A stretch of 64,000 nucleotides of DNA from Squalus acanthias (Eukaryota). Shown one piece after another: positions 62,674-64,000 of the stretch; position 1 is the stretch's first letter; every line of letters begins with the position of its first letter. A model generated the notes under the pieces. The model did no database searches. It had not been told where the DNA came from and worked only from the letters and a program-made list of their open reading frames with translations. The stretch covers positions 175,214,001 through 175,278,000 of the forward strand of contig CM059425.1 in the NCBI GenBank assembly GCA_030390025.1, in the 5' to 3' direction. Position numbers and translations under genes: made by a program.

Positions 62674-64000
62674 AGTGTAGTGGTAATGTCACTGGGCTAG
62701 TAATCCAGAGGCCTGGACTAATGATCCAGAGACGTGAGTTCTTATCCCACCACGGCAGCTGGGGAATTTAAATTCAATTAATTAAATAAATCTGGAATAA
62801 AAAGCTAGTATCAGTAATGGTAACCATGTCGTAAAAACCCATCTGGTTCACTAATGTCCTTTTTAGGGAATGAAATCTGCCGTCCTTACCTGATCTGGCC
62901 TATATGTGACTCCAGACCCACAGCAATGCGATTGACTCTTAACTGCCCTCTGAAATGGCCTAGCAAGTCATTCAGTTGTAACAAACCACTACGAAACACA
63001 ATAATAAGAATGAAACTGGACGGACCACCCGGCATCGATCTCGGCACCGGCTACGGACACCCAGCCCAGTCGACCCTGCAAAGTCCTCCTCACCAATATC
63101 AAGAAACGGCTGAGCGCACTGGATACTGCAAAGGCTATGGGCCCTGACAACATTCCGGCTATAGTGCTGAAGACTTGTGCTCCAGAAATAACCACGCCTC
63201 TAGCCAAGCTGTTCCAGTACAGCTACAACGCTGGCATCTATCCGACAATGTGGAAAACTGCCCAGGTATGTCCTGTTCAAAAAAAGCAGAACAAATCCAA
63301 CCCGGCCAATTACCGCCCCATCAGTCTATTCTCAATCATCAGCAAAGTGATGGAAGGTGTCATTGACCATGCTATCAAGCAGCACTTACTCACCAAAAAC
63401 CTGTTCACTGATGCCCAGTTTGAGTTCCGCCAAGACCACTCTGCTCCCGTCCTCATTACAGCCTTGGTCCAAACATGGACAAAGGAGCTGAATTCCAGAG
63501 GTGAGGTAAGAGTGACTGCGCTTGACATCAAGGCAGCATTTGACCGAGTGTGGCATCAAGGAGCCCTAGTAAAACTGAAGTCAATGGGAATCGGGGAGTG
63601 GGGGGGGGAAATGCTCCACTGGTTGGAGTCATACCTAGCACAAAGGAAGATGGTTGTGGTGGTTGAAGTTCAATCATCACAGCCCCAGGACATCGCCCAA
63701 CCATCTTCAGCTGCTTCATCAATGACCTTCCCTCTAACATAAGGTCAGAAATGGGGATGTTTGCCGATGACTGCACAGCGTTCAGCGCCATTCACAACTC
63801 CTCAGATAATGAAGCAGTCCATGCCCGCATGCAACAAGACCTGGACGACGTTCAGGCTTGGGCTGATAAGTGGCAGGTAACATTCGCGCCACACAAGTGC
63901 CAGGCAATGACCACCTCCAACAAGCGAGAGTCTAACCACTTCCCCTTGACATTCAATGGCATTACCATCACCGAATCCCCCACCATCAACATCCTGGGGG
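62674..64000 (+). mobile_element. Family B LINE with intact tRNA-derived 5' head and internal deletion of the endonuclease; runs off the window
   Basis: A-box-like GTGTAGTGGT and B-box-like GAGTTCTTATCCC; SINE body to ~62980; jumps from the APE start (CAAAGTCCTCCTCAC) to the RT leader (ATATCAAGAAACGG) at ~63095; RT ORF 63137-63742. Confidence 0.9.

Overview
This is eukaryotic DNA, almost certainly vertebrate and most likely a cartilaginous fish (shark), judged from the repeat families. It looks intronic or intergenic and is dominated by nested, decayed retroelements: CR1 LINEs (one near full-length with an esterase ORF1), L2 fragments, one RTE 3' end, Penelope-like elements with minimal hammerhead ribozyme motifs, and tRNA-derived SINEs. 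DNA-transposon derivatives are also present: PIF/Harbinger, a Tigger-like MITE, hAT-like MITEs and an unclassified minisatellite-bearing MITE. I could not confidently identify any host protein-coding exon, and nearly all listed ORFs are TE fragments or their antisense shadows. Five observations stand out. (1) An apparently perfect 659-bp-arm fold-back palindrome of a Penelope-like GIY-YIG 3' end (12172-13490) has a 1-nt spacer, a hammerhead in each arm and a 12-bp palindromic TSD. (2) An apparently ORF1-less APE-RT LINE family has a tRNA-derived SINE head as its 5' UTR, and is seen here as long, internally deleted and pure-SINE forms. (3) A ~413-codon decayed, frameshift-free reading frame of unrecognised origin (16505-17743, minus) is a candidate endogenous viral element or unknown transposon. 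(4) Two CR1 copies share the same inactivating deletions, and one of them is chimeric with an undeleted template. (5) A MITE family carries a variable-number internal minisatellite. Boundaries of old repeats are approximate (tens of bp); family names come from motif recognition, not database searches.
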